Both the position numbers and the translations under genes were made by a program. A stretch of DNA of 64,000 bases, taken from NCBI RefSeq assembly GCF_032444005.1, contig NC_091291.1, forward strand, positions 16,988,001 to 17,052,000, read 5' to 3'. Position 1 is the stretch's first letter; the number at the start of each line of letters is the position of its first letter. Positions 49,901 through 61,342 of the stretch are shown here, in pieces. Source of the DNA: Ranitomeya imitator (taxonomy: Eukaryota). The notes below the pieces were generated by a model that saw only the letters and a program-made list of their open reading frames with translations, was not told the origin of the DNA and did no database searches.

Positions 49901-52183
49901 CTGTGTCCTCCAGCATTGCCCCCAGTGTCCTCCAATCTGCCTCACTGTCTCCAGCATTGCCCCCAGTGTGTCCTCCAATCTGCCCCAGTGTCTCCAGCAT
50001 TGCCCTTAGTGTGTCCTCCAATCTGCCCCAGTGTCTCCAGCATTGCCCCCCAGTGTGTCCTCCAATCTGCCCCACTGTCTCCAGCATTGCCCCCAGTGTG
50101 TCCTCCAATCTGCCCTAGTATGTCCTCCAGCATTGCCCCCCAGTGTGTCCACCGATAACTGATCCAAAAAAAAACAAAAAAAAACAAGCAGTCTCCTCAC
50201 CTGTCCGCGCTCCAGGCGGCGAGCTCCCTGCAGCAGCGCACACTCGCCGGCGACTGACAATGACGTCAGACGCCGGCGACGTGTGCGCGCTGCGGCCGAC
50301 ATCAGCTGCCAGCCTCCAATTGGCTGGCGGCTGTTGTTAACTATTGACGTGCGGGCGCGCGCCCGCACATCAATAGGAAACCGCCGCAGCGCCGGAAAGG
50401 GCCCGGTGAGCAGATTAGAAGGGGCCCAATGCGGGCCCCCTCTCTCTGCCCACCGGGTCCGGGGGCACACAAACGCCGCCAGGCGGGCAGTCACCTACGA
50501 TTATCAGAGGGTCAATCTGCGGTAGCCCAGGGCCCCCCCAGACCACTGGGCCCTGGGCTACCACCCATATTGACCCTCTGATAATCCGCCCCTGGCCGCA
50601 CACATGTGATCACTGCATGTATGGAGTAGACTCAGGAGCTGACCCAAATTCCATACCGCTCTAGTGTAAGCTGTTATGATAGGCAATTCAGTAACACAAT
50701 GTACATAGCGATCAGAGCACATACAGTGATCTGACAATAACCCAAAATAATAGAACGAGCTCTGAGACGTGGAAACTCTGTAGACCGCAATTCCTGATCC
50801 TCTCCAAACACAACTAGAGGCAGCCGTGGATTGCGCCTAACGCTCCCTATGCAACTCGGCACAGCCTGAGAAACTAACTAGCCTGAAGATAGAAAATCAG
50901 CCTACCTTGCCTCAGAGAAATACCCCAAAGGAAAAGGCAGCCCCCCACATATAATGACTGTGAGTAAGATGAAAAGACAAACGTAGGGATGAAATAGATT
51001 CAGCAAAGTGAGGCCCGATATTCTAGACAGAACGAGGATAGGAAAGATAACTTTGCGGTCTACACAAAACCCTAAAGAAAACCACGCAAAGGGGGCAAAA
51101 AGACCCTCCGTACCGAACTAACGGCACGGAGGTACACCCTCTGCGTCCCAGAGCTTCCAGCAAAACAAATAGACAAGCTGGACAGAAAAAATAGCAACAA
51201 ATAGCAAAGAAGCACTTAGCTATGCAGAGCAGCAGGCCACAGGAATGATCCAGAGAAACACAAGTCCAACACTGGAACATTGACAGGAAGCATGGATCAA
51301 AGCATCAGGTGGAGTTAAGTAGAGAAGCAGCTAACGACCTCACCAGATCACCTGAGGGAGGAAACTCAGAAGCTGCAGTACCACTTTCCTCCACAAACGG
51401 AAGCTCCCAGAGAGAATCAGCCGAAGTACCACTTGTGACCACAGGAGTGAACTCTGCCACAGAATTCACAACAGTAAGCTGTGTTACACAGTCAGCACCT
51501 TAGTCTAGCTGAAGTTCAGAACTGGTTCCAGCTGACCCAAATTCCATAACGCTCTAGTGCAAGCTGTGTTACACAGCCAGCACTTTAGTCTAGCTGAAGT
51601 TCAGAACTAGTTCCAGATGCAGAATTTTAACTGCTTTAATATACTTTTTTTTTAAAATTCTGACTACCTGCAGCCTCCACTAGGGGGAGCTCACTGCATA
51701 TGGATTTGTAATAAAGTCAACGAGAGCTATATTATACTATAAGCAGTGGGCTCCCCCTAGTGGTGAATGCAAGTTATAACTATGACAGCATCACGCGAGC
51801 AGGGTAAGCAGTTTAGTACTGATTAAATGGACAGTGACAGCAACAGGCAAGACTAGGAAGACCAATCTGATGAGATTCCAATTTCCGCCATACATGTGCG
51901 CATTGCATGTATTGAGTAGAGATGAGCGAACCCGAACTTAAAAATTTGGGGTACGGACCGGACAGTTAGTGTCTGTTGCTAAACGCTGAACATTGACTTC
52001 TTCTGGCTTTTCCATTTCAGGGATGGGATCTCGGCTGCCAATCCTGTTGGAACTTCTTGGACCCAGTTGATGGTCAATGGCAACTTCCGACATGTATCTT
52101 ATGATCAGGGAAACCTGTGGCTTCTCTCCCAGGAGGGATCCATCTATAAATGTGACTTCCGCACTCCCTCGCTCTGTTTTTAG
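44000..52183 (+). CDS. Fish-egg lectin-like / tectonin-repeat beta-propeller lectin, paralog C (258 aa, secreted)
   Basis: Exons 44000-44051, 44172-44399, 47367-47700 and 52021-52183, all GT-AG, 777 nt, intact. Signal peptide MHLILGLLLCIGAATSA. Tectonin motifs LKQIDA/WGVN and YYSCGLNGCWGVN. AATAAA at 52322-52327. Confidence 0.93.
44774..47028. repeat. Tandem array of about 250-bp units, each an inverted repeat (hairpin), in intron 2 of gene C
   Basis: The arm CCATCACTGCCATCATCTGTACTCCAAATGAGTATGCTCTGATATCAATGCAGCT alternates with its reverse complement. Unit starts at about 44774, 45030, 45278, 45495, 45738, 45996, 46244, 46488, 46738 and 47003. Confidence 0.92.
48025..50594 (+). mobile_element. 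Complete non-autonomous hAT-like DNA transposon in intron 3 of gene C
   Basis: TIRs CAGGGGTGGATTA / TAATCCGCCCCTG. Perfect 8-bp TSD GCCGCACA (48017-48024, 50595-50602). No transposase. Confidence 0.9.
49085..50150 (+). repeat. About 20-22-bp CCCCAGTGTCTCCAGCAATCTG minisatellite inside the hAT-like element
   Basis: About 50 variant units. It produces spurious ORFs in all frames. Confidence 0.95.
50672..51473 (-). mobile_element. Solo LTR, a diverged subfamily of the gypsy at 55253
   Basis: TGTTATGAT...GAATTCACAACA, the reverse complement of the family LTR ends. 6-bp TSD GTAAGC (50666-50671 / 51474-51479). Confidence 0.9.
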
Positions 52184-52528
52184 ATACCGTGACAGATCTC
52201 ATGTGAGGGATGGGGAGAGATAGTTGTAGGTACGGATAAAATTCGTTTTTAGACTGCAGTAAAAAAAATAATAAACGTAAAAAAAAGTTAAAAACGAAAT
52301 GTTCTAGTATCTTCCGCATGGAATAAAGATTGCCTTTTAATACTTTTATATTCTTTTTGTCTCCATGAATATTTCAAAGTAGTGGTCCATCAATGGCCTA
52401 GTGTGGCCGGCGGTGGGCAAAGGCTTGTGTCGTGCAAGGTAAAGCCGAAAGCAAAAGATCTACTGGGCACTGGTGAATTTCAACTGCCCACTCCAGGATT
52501 GAAGGAAAAAAATAAAAACATGACCAAC

Positions 52529-53120
52529 TGTCACGAGTGTGTCATGTCCTCCTGGGACATCTGGGGTTCGTATTGTGAATCACAGATTTTCCATTTAGCC
52601 TGTGTGTTTGTGTCTCATAGCAAATGGATTTGGCTTCCTTTGGTACTGAGGAGGTTAACGACCCTTTCTATGCTGGTGAGAAACTTGCAGCTCCATTTCA
52701 GCTGCTTCTGATCTGGTCATTACCTCTCCCTATAAAACCTGGCCAGACCGTCTCTGTCTTGCCAGTGAAAGCTTTTCTTCCTAGCTCCTTGGAGACGCTG
52801 TGCTGAATAGGAGATTGTTGCGTGCTGTTTTTGGATGTATGCTTTCCTTAATGTCCTATTTCCATTTGGTTGGTGCATTTCTATCCTTCCCTATAGATTT
52901 CTTTACCTCTAATGAGTGTTTGTTGCTTTCTGTTATCCCTGTTTTGTCGTGTGTCTTGTTTGCCTTATATTTCTATCATAGGCTTCATGGCGCAGGGGAG
53001 GGGACAGATCAGGGTTTGACAGGAGCATGGTAAGGTCGGAGACTCAGGCCTCTCTACCATCAAGAGTACCCCCGTGATAGAAATAGTTAGGGTCCCTGTT
53101 ACCGGGACAGTATGAGGCCC
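52529..53120 (+). mobile_element. Probable solo LTR of another family
   Basis: Starts TGTCACG, has an internal TATAAAA and a T-rich U5-like segment. The right end and TSD were not resolved. Confidence 0.35.
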
Positions 53121-55252
53121 CTGATTTCTTGTGAGTTTTTTTGAAAAAAAAAGTCATCGGAAAAGAAGAATTCTGCAGCCAATCACACGCTACAAAAATT
53201 CGCATTCGTCACTGTCATCACAGGAGGCCGCTAGGGTCCTAAATTATCAGGGGCACAAGCTCACAACGATATGTCTCCCTATGCATCCCACCACCAACTA
53301 GAATACCTATATTTATATAACATATGTACAGATTTTATAAGATGCTGTTCCAGGACTAAATAATCCCTGCATACTGTGATGGACAAAACATCTTATTACC
53401 AATAATACCACTATACTAAGCAAAAATAATAATGCCGCCACATCATGACCACTACTATTACCGCAACATAAACAATAGATAATATTTCTGCATCACTAAA
53501 CATTCTAGAAAGACCATTATTACCAATAATACTACTATAATAGGACCAAATTATATGGCCACACCGTGAATGGATAATATTACCATACTACTGCCGAACA
53601 AAACACATTGTACAAAATAAGTAATACCGCTACGACTAGAGAGTGACTGAATTGCTCCAAACTGTCACAAAATAATAAACACTATAAAATGACCAATATT
53701 ACCACCATACATTGACCATGTAGTAGCAGATCCCAACCATTCTGTCACCACGGCCTCCATTGTTCCGTCTGGATCTCCCCGCTGCACCAACGTCATCTGT
53801 CCATGCTGCATCACAACTGCTCATCCGGACCAAGGACTATGAGGATCCACCAGGTGAGACATAACACATCTCTAGTGCCACATACAGCAATCGTGGTGTT
53901 CTCATTTCCCCCAAACATTAAGTGCCCTCTCAAAAGTAATCATGACCCCTGTATGCCACATAGAAATGTTGCCCCCATGATGCTCCCTAGAAAGTAATAT
54001 GGTCCCATGTGTGCATGATAGAACGTAATAGTGCCTATAATTGTGACCCATTGCCATACCATCGACTCCCAGAGAACCCACCTTGAAGAGTCCCAAAACT
54101 CCACCATGCTAGTACAATTAGAGGGTACCATCTTCCAGATGAAACCACCACCCACCAGAATTTTGCCACCAACTCCAAGAACCCCCACTCAACCGCCAAA
54201 GCCAAAAAAAAAAAACAAAATTATCCCCTTAACACCCTAAGATTACAATACCTCCAAGATAGTGGCTGAGGAACACAAGTGTGACAAGTAGAACTTTATT
54301 GAAGAATCTCCAGACATCTCTTGGAGTAGACCTAGGATCTGGGTCAAAGGTAGACATATGAAGAGATAACAAACAGTTACACGATAAATGTCATCTGGGT
54401 GAAGGAAAGGAAAGTGACCGCTAGATGTCACTGCTGGAGAAGAAACTGAGCAAACTAAGACCAAAACATCTGCAGTCCAGGAAGGACGGTTTCCTGACAA
54501 TGGAGAGGACCAGGCAAAGGCCTGCAGATTAGATAAAGCTTTGAATGCAATGGTCGATGTCCACCATAACGAAGAATAGTCGACTAGTTTGGTGAAAGCA
54601 TGATTGTTTAATTAGACCTCAAAACACTTGTCAGGTTTGCTGGAATTTTTTCGATCTGGAATTTTTTTTCACTAATTATTTTGTCTTACGCTAAATAAAA
54701 TTTTTGAATTAAAAAAAAATATATATTTCTTTTTTTAATCTTCTGCAAATTTTTGATTTTATTCAGATTTCTGAGCATTTTTCCCAAAAATCGGCAAAAG
54801 TTGGCCAAAGTTTGGTAAATTACCGAGTTCACCAAGGGCTCTTTCAGACGTCAATGCTTCCGGTAGCAGCACAGGCCGCAAAATGTCCTGCAAACATGCA
54901 CACTGATGACACACGGATGACATCCCTGTGTCATCAGTGTGACACATACCGGCATAGCGGTACTGTTCACGCCTGGAACTCAAGAAGACAGCTCACATTA
55001 CTGTCTCCTGCTCACGCTGCGATCAGCGCTAGCAGGGAACAATGTTGAGATTGTATTCAATTGTTAACAGCGAGAGCAATTGGCGGATGATGGGAGTATT
55101 CATCAGCTGCCCCTGCACTACAAATAAATAATAATGAAAAAATGGCGTCGGTTTCCCCTGTATTTTTGATAACCAGCCAGGAAAAACTGACAGTTATGGG
55201 CTGCAATCATCAGCTGTCAGCTTCAGCAAGGCTGGTTATCAAAAATAAAGGC

Positions 55253-58200
55253 TGTTGTGAATTCTGTTGTCGAACTCCCTCCTGTGGTCGTGAATGGTAC
55301 TTCGGCGAGTTCTGTCTATGGGCTCCCTCTGGTGGCTATGAGTGAAGCTGCTGCTTCTGAGGTTCCTTACACAGGTGACGTGGTTTATCCTTTGGTTGGA
55401 TTCTCTATTTAACTCCTCTCAGATCGTTACTCCATGCCAGCTGTCAATGTTTTTGCATTCGTTCAGTTCGCTCCTGGATCTCTCTGGTGACCTGCCTTCT
55501 CCTGCAGAAGCTAAGTTCCTTATAGTCTTATTTTGTTCTCTGTTTTCTTGTCCAGCTGGTTTTCATGATTTTGTCTTGCTAGCTGGAAGCTCTGGGATGC
55601 AGAGTGGCCCCTCCGCACCGTGAGTCGGTGCGGAGGTCTTTTTTGCACACTCTGTGTGGTCTTTTGTAGGTTTTTGTGCTGATCGCAAAGTTACCTTTCC
55701 TATCCTCTGTCTATTTAGTAAGTCTGGCCTCCCTTTGCTGAAACCTGTTTCATTTCTGCGTTTGTGACTTTCATCTTTACTCACAGTCAATATATGTGGG
55801 GGGCTTCCTTTACCTTTGGGGAATTTCTCTGAGGCAAGGTAGGCTTTATTTTCTATCTCTAGGGCTAGATAGTTCTTAGGCTGTGACGAGGCGCCTAGGT
55901 CTGGTCAGGAGCGCTCCACGGCTATTTCTAGTGTGTGTGATAGGATTAGGGCTTGCGGTCAGCAGAGCTCCCACATCCCAGAGCTCGTCCTGTATGAGGT
56001 TTAATTATCAGGTCATTCTGGGTGCTCCTAACCACCAGGTCATAACAGTACAGCTGGCCCAAAGTATTAATGCATCTCAATAGAGGGATAAGAGAACTTC
56101 TGAGACCATTTTTTTTTCTTTGCACTGTGTTTTGTCTTTCTTTTCCCCTAGACCTTTGGGTGGTTCAGGACACAGGTGTAGGTATGGACATTCAAGGTCT
56201 GTCCTCTTGTGTGGATCATCTCACTGCAAGGATACAAAACATTCAAGATTTTGTGGTTCAGAATCCTATGTTGTAGCCTAGAATTCCTATTCCTGACTTA
56301 TTTTCTGGGGATAGATCTAGGTTCTTGAATTTCAAAAATAATTGTAAACTGTTTCTAGCTTTGAAACCCCGCTCCTCTGGTGACCCCGTTCAACAGGTAA
56401 AAATCATTATTTCTTTGTTACGTGGCGACCCTCAAGACTGGGCATTTTCCCTTGCGCCAGGAGATCCTGCATTGCGTGATGTTGATGCGTTTTTTCTGGC
56501 GCTTGGATTGCTTTATGATGAACCAAATTCAGTGGATCAGGCAGAGAAAATCTTGCTGGCTTTGTGTCAGGGTCAGGATGAAGCGGAGGTGTACTGTCAG
56601 AAGTTTAGAAAGTGGTCTGTGCTTACTCAGTGGAATGAATGTGCCCTGGCGGCAATTTTCAGAAACGGTCTTTCTGAAGCCCTTAAGGATGTCATGGTGG
56701 GATTTCCCACACCTGCTGGTCTGAATGAGTCTATGTCTTTGGCCATTCAGATCGATCGGCGCATGCGTGAGCGCAAAGCTGTGCACCATTTGGCGATATT
56801 CTCTGAGCATATGCCTGAGCCTATGCAGTGTGATAGGACTTTTACCAGAGCTGAACGGCAAGAACACAGACGTCGGAATGGGCTGTGTTTTTACTGTGGT
56901 GAATCCACTCATGCTATCTCCGATTGTCCTAAGCTCACTAAGCGGTTCGCTAGGGCTGCCACCATTGGTACGGTACAGTCGAAATTTCTTTTGTCCGTTA
57001 CTCTGATTTGCTCTCTGTCGTCCTATTCTGTAATGACATTTGTGGATTCAGGCGCTGCCCTGAATTTGATGGACTTGGAGTTTGCCAGGCGCTGTGTTTT
57101 TTTCTTGGAGCCCTTGCAGTATCCTATTCCATTGAGAGGAATTGATGCTACGCCTTTGGCCAAGAATAAGCCTCAGTACTGGACTCAATTGACCATGTGC
57201 ATGGCTCCTGCACATCAGGAGGATATCCGCTTTCTGGTGTTGCATAATCTGCATGATGTGGTCGTTTTGGGGTTGCCATGGCTACAGGTCCATAATCCAG
57301 TGTTGGATTGGAAATCTATGTCTGTGTCCAGCTGGGGTTGTCAGGGGGTACATGGTGATGTTCCATTGCTGTCAATTTTGCCATCCACTCCTTCTGAAGT
57401 CCCTGAGTTTTTATCAGATTACCGGGATGTATTTGAAGAGCCCAAATCTGGTGCCCTACCTCCTCATAGGGATTGCGACTGTGCTATTAATTTGATTCCT
57501 GGTAGTAAGTTTCCTAAAGGCCGTCTATTTAATTTATCTGTGCCAGAGCACGCCGCTATGCGAAGTTATATAAAGGAATCCTTGGAGAAGGGTCATATTC
57601 GTCCGTCGTCGTCACCATTGGGAGCAAGGTTCTTTTTTGTGGCCAAGAAGGTATTGATTACCGCCTTCTTAATAAGATCACAGTCAAATTTCAGTATCCT
57701 TTGCCGCTACTGTCTGATTTATTTGCTCGGATTAAGGGGGCTAGTTGGTTCACCAAGATAGATCTTCGTGGTGCGTATAATCTTGTGCGAATTAAACAGG
57801 GTGATGAATGGAAAACGGCATTTAATACGCCCGAGGGCCATTTTGAGTACCTGGTTATGCCATTCGGGCTTTCTAATGCTTCATCTGTGTTTCAGTCCTT
57901 TATGCATGACATCTTCCGAGAGTACCTGGATAGATTCATGATTGTATATTTGGATGGCATTTTGGTCTTTTCGGATGATTGGGAATCTCATGTGAAGCAG
58001 GTCAGAATGGTGTTCCAGGTCCTTCGTGCGAATTCCTTGTTTGTGAAGGGGTCAAAGTGTCTCTTTGGAGTTCAGAAGGTTTCATTTTTGGGTTTCATTT
58101 TTTCCCCTTCTACTATCGAGATGGACCCTGTTAAAGTTCAGGCCATTTACGATTGGACTCAGCCGACATCTGTGAAGAGCTTACAGAAGTTCCTGGGCTT

Positions 58201-60962
58201 TGCTAATTTTTATCGTCGCTTCATCGCTAATTTTTCCAGTATTGCTAAACCGTTGACTGATTTGACCAAGAAAGGTGCTGATGTGGTCAATTGGTCCTCT
58301 GCGGCTGTAGAGGCTTTTCAGGAGTTGAAGCGTCGTTTTGCTTCTGCCCCTGTGTTGTGCCAGCCAGATGTTTCGCTCCCTTTTCAGGTTGAGGTTGATG
58401 CTTCTGAAATTGGAGCAGGAGCTGTTTTGTCGCAAAGAAGTTCTGATGGCTCGGTGATGAAACCCTGTGCCTTCTTTTCTAGAAAATTCTCGCCTGCTGA
58501 GCGCAATTATGATGTGGGCAATCGGGAGTTGTTGGCCATGAAGTGGGCATTCGAGGAGTGGCGACATTGGCTTGCAGGAGCTAAACATCGTGTGGTGGTC
58601 TTGACGGATCACAAAAATTTGACTTATCTCGAGTCTGCCAAACGGTTTAATCCTAGACAGGCTCGATGGTCGCTCTTTTTCTCCCGTTTTGATTTTGTGG
58701 TTTCATACCTTCCGGGATCTAAGAATGTGAAGGCTGACGCCCTGTCAAGGAGTTTTGTGCCTGACTCTCCGGGTGTTCCGGAGCCGGCGGGTATTCTTAA
58801 AGAAGGGGTAATTTTGTCTGCCATTTCCCTTGATTTGCGGCGTGTGCTGCAAAAGTTTCAGACTGATAGACCTGACCGTTGTCCTACGGAGAAACTGTTT
58901 GTCCCTGATAGATGGACTAGTAGAGTTATCTCTGAGATTCATTGTTCTGTGTTGGCTGGTCATCCTGGAATCTTTGGTACCAGAGATTTGGTGGCTAGAT
59001 CCTTTTGGTGGCCTTCTTTGTCACGGGATGTGCGTTCTTTTGTGCAGTCCTGTGGGACTTGTGCTCGGGCTAAGCCCTGCTGTTCTCGTGCCAGTGGGTT
59101 GCTTTTGCCCTTGCCGATCCCGAAGAGGCCCTGGACGCATATCTCCATGGATTTTATTTCTGATCTCCCTGTTTCTCAAAAGATGTCGGTCATTTGGGTG
59201 GTTTGTGATCGCTTCTCTAAGATGGTCCATTTGGTACCGTTGTCTAAATTGCCTTCCTCCTCTGATTTGGTGCCATTGTTTTTCAAGCATGTGGTTCGTT
59301 TGCATGGCATTCCAGAGAACATCGTCTCGGACAGAGGTTCCCAGTTTGTTTTGAGGTTTTGGCGGTCCTTTTGCGCTAAGATGGGCATTGATTTGTCTTT
59401 TTCTTCGGCTTTCCATCCTCAGACTAATGGCCAAACCGAACGAACTAATCAGACTTTGGAGACATATCTGAGATGCTTTGTTCTGCTGATCAGGATGATT
59501 GGGTGTCCTTCTTGCCTTTGGCTGAGTTCGCCCTTAATAATCGGGCCAGCTCGGCTACTTTAGTTTCTCCTTTTTTCTGTAATTCTGGTTTCCATCCTCG
59601 TTTCTCTTCAGGGCAGGTTGAACCTTCGGACTGTCTTGGTGTGGATGCGGTGGTGGACAGGTTGCAGCAGATTTGGACTCATGTGGTGGACAATTTGACA
59701 TTGTCCCAGGAGAAGGCTCAACGCTTCACTAACCGCCGGCGTTGTGTTGGTCCCCGACTTCGTGTTGGGGATTTGGTTTGGTTGTCATCTCGTCACGTTC
59801 CTATGAAGGTTTCCTCTCCTAAGTTTAAGCCTCGTTTCATTGGGCCATACAAGATTTCTGAAGTTCTTAATCCTGTGTCATTTCGTTTGGACCTTCCAGC
59901 TTCTTTTGCCATCCATAATGTGTTCCATAGGTAGCTGTTGCGGAGATACGTGGCTCCTATGGTTCCCTCCATTGATCCTCCTGCCCCGGTGTTGGTCGAG
60001 GGGGAGTTGGAGTATGTGGTGGAGAAGATTTTGGATTCTCGTATTTCGAGACGGAAACTCCAGTACCTGGTCAAGTGGAAGGGTTATGGTCAGGAAGATA
60101 ATTCCTGGGTTTTTGCCTCTGATGTTCATGCTGCCGATCTGGTTCGTGCCTTTCATTTGGCTCATCCTGATTGGCCTGGGGGCTCTGGTGAGGGTTCGGT
60201 GACCCCTCCTCAAGGTGGGGGGTACTGTTGTGAATTCTGTTGTCGAACTCCCTCCTGTGGTCGTGAATGGTACTTCGGCGAGTTCTGTCTATGGGCTCCC
60301 TCTGGTGGCTATGAGTGAAGCTGCTGCTTCTGAGGTTCCTTACACAGGTGACGTGGTTTATCCTTTGGTTGGACTCTCTATTTAACTCCTCTCAGATCGT
60401 TACTCCATGCCAGCTGTCAATGTTTTTGCATTCGTTCAGTTCGCTCCTGGATCTCTCTGGTGACCTGCCTTCTCCTGCAGAAGCTAAGTTCCTTATAGTC
60501 TTATTTTGTTCTCTGTTTTCTTGTCCAGCTGGTTTTCATGATTTGTCTTGCTAGCTGGAAGCTCTGGGATGCAGAGTGGCCCCTCCGCACCGTGAGTCGG
60601 TGCGGAGGTCTTTTTTGCACACTCTGTGTGGTCTTTTGTAGGTTTTTGTGCTGATCGCAAAGTTACCTTTCCTATCCTCTGTCTATTTAGTAAGTCTGGC
60701 CTCCCTTTGCTGAAACCTGTTTCATTTCTGCGTTTGTGACTTTCATCTTTACTCACAGTCAATATATGTGGGGGGCTTCCTTTACCTTTCATAGGCTGTG
60801 ACGAGGCGCCTAGGTCTGGTCAGGAGCGCTCCACGGCTATTTCTAGTGTGTGTGATAGGATTAGGGCTTGCGGTCAGCAGAGCTCCCACATCCCAGAGCT
60901 CGTCCTGTATGAGGTTTAATTATCAGGTCATTCTGGGTGCTCCTAACCACCAGGTCATAACA
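55253..60962 (+). mobile_element. Near full-length Ty3/gypsy chromovirus (sushi-like) LTR retrotransposon, disabled
   Basis: 5' LTR 55253-56047, 3' LTR 60226-60962 (TG..CA), PPT 60212-60225, 6-bp TSD AAAGGC (55247-55252 / 60963-60968). Domain order is gag-PR-RT-RH-IN-chromodomain. Confidence 0.97.
56184..60225 (+). pseudogene. Gag-pol polyprotein pseudogene
   Basis: CFYCGESTHAISDC knuckle, FVDSGAA protease, RT MPFGL...YLDG, RNase H EVDASEIG...TDHKNL, integrase HHCC and SMDFI...SDRGSQF...GQTER, chromodomain EYVVEKILDSR...YLVKWKGYG. Lesions: TAG 56274, deletion/frameshift about 57650, frameshift about 59480, TAG 59932. Confidence 0.93.
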
Positions 60963-61342
60963 AAAGGCGTCCCCACGCCATTGCTAATACTGACAATTTG
61001 CCCGGCTCTTCCCACTTGCCCTGTGGCAGTGGCAAGTGGGTTTCATATTTGTGGAGTTGATGTCACCTTTGTATTATCTGGTGACATCAAGCCTACGGCT
61101 CAGTAATGGAGAGGCGTCTATAAGACATTGACAGAATGACACAGACTCCTGTAATGAATCTAAATTAAACTATACTTATGTCATCACCCAGTTCGCGGAA
61201 GCCAAAGTCTCCTGTAACAGAATTAAAATAATAAACAACAATATTCCTCACCTCTCTGCAGAGAAGATGATGGGTTTAGTTCTGCTACATCTAGTTGGCA
61301 GGCTACATCTAGATGGCAGGCTGCATTGTTGCATGATGTGAC

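Noticed and set aside
49047-50158. 300+ aa Cys/Gln/Pro-rich ORFs resembling keratin-associated or cornified-envelope proteins (also 62146-63970)
   Set aside because: They arise from the CCCCAG minisatellite inside TIR/TSD-bounded elements, are open in several frames on both strands, and one lies in an intron.
54243-54620. About 120-codon open frame on the minus strand with a nearby AATAAA, as a terminal exon of a fourth gene
   Set aside because: No lectin or other motif, no start codon and no convincing splice acceptor.
56070-57761. Gag-like ORF as a domesticated RTL/PEG10-type host gene
   Set aside because: It lies between two LTRs with a TSD and carries a premature stop, so it is an ordinary retrotransposon copy.
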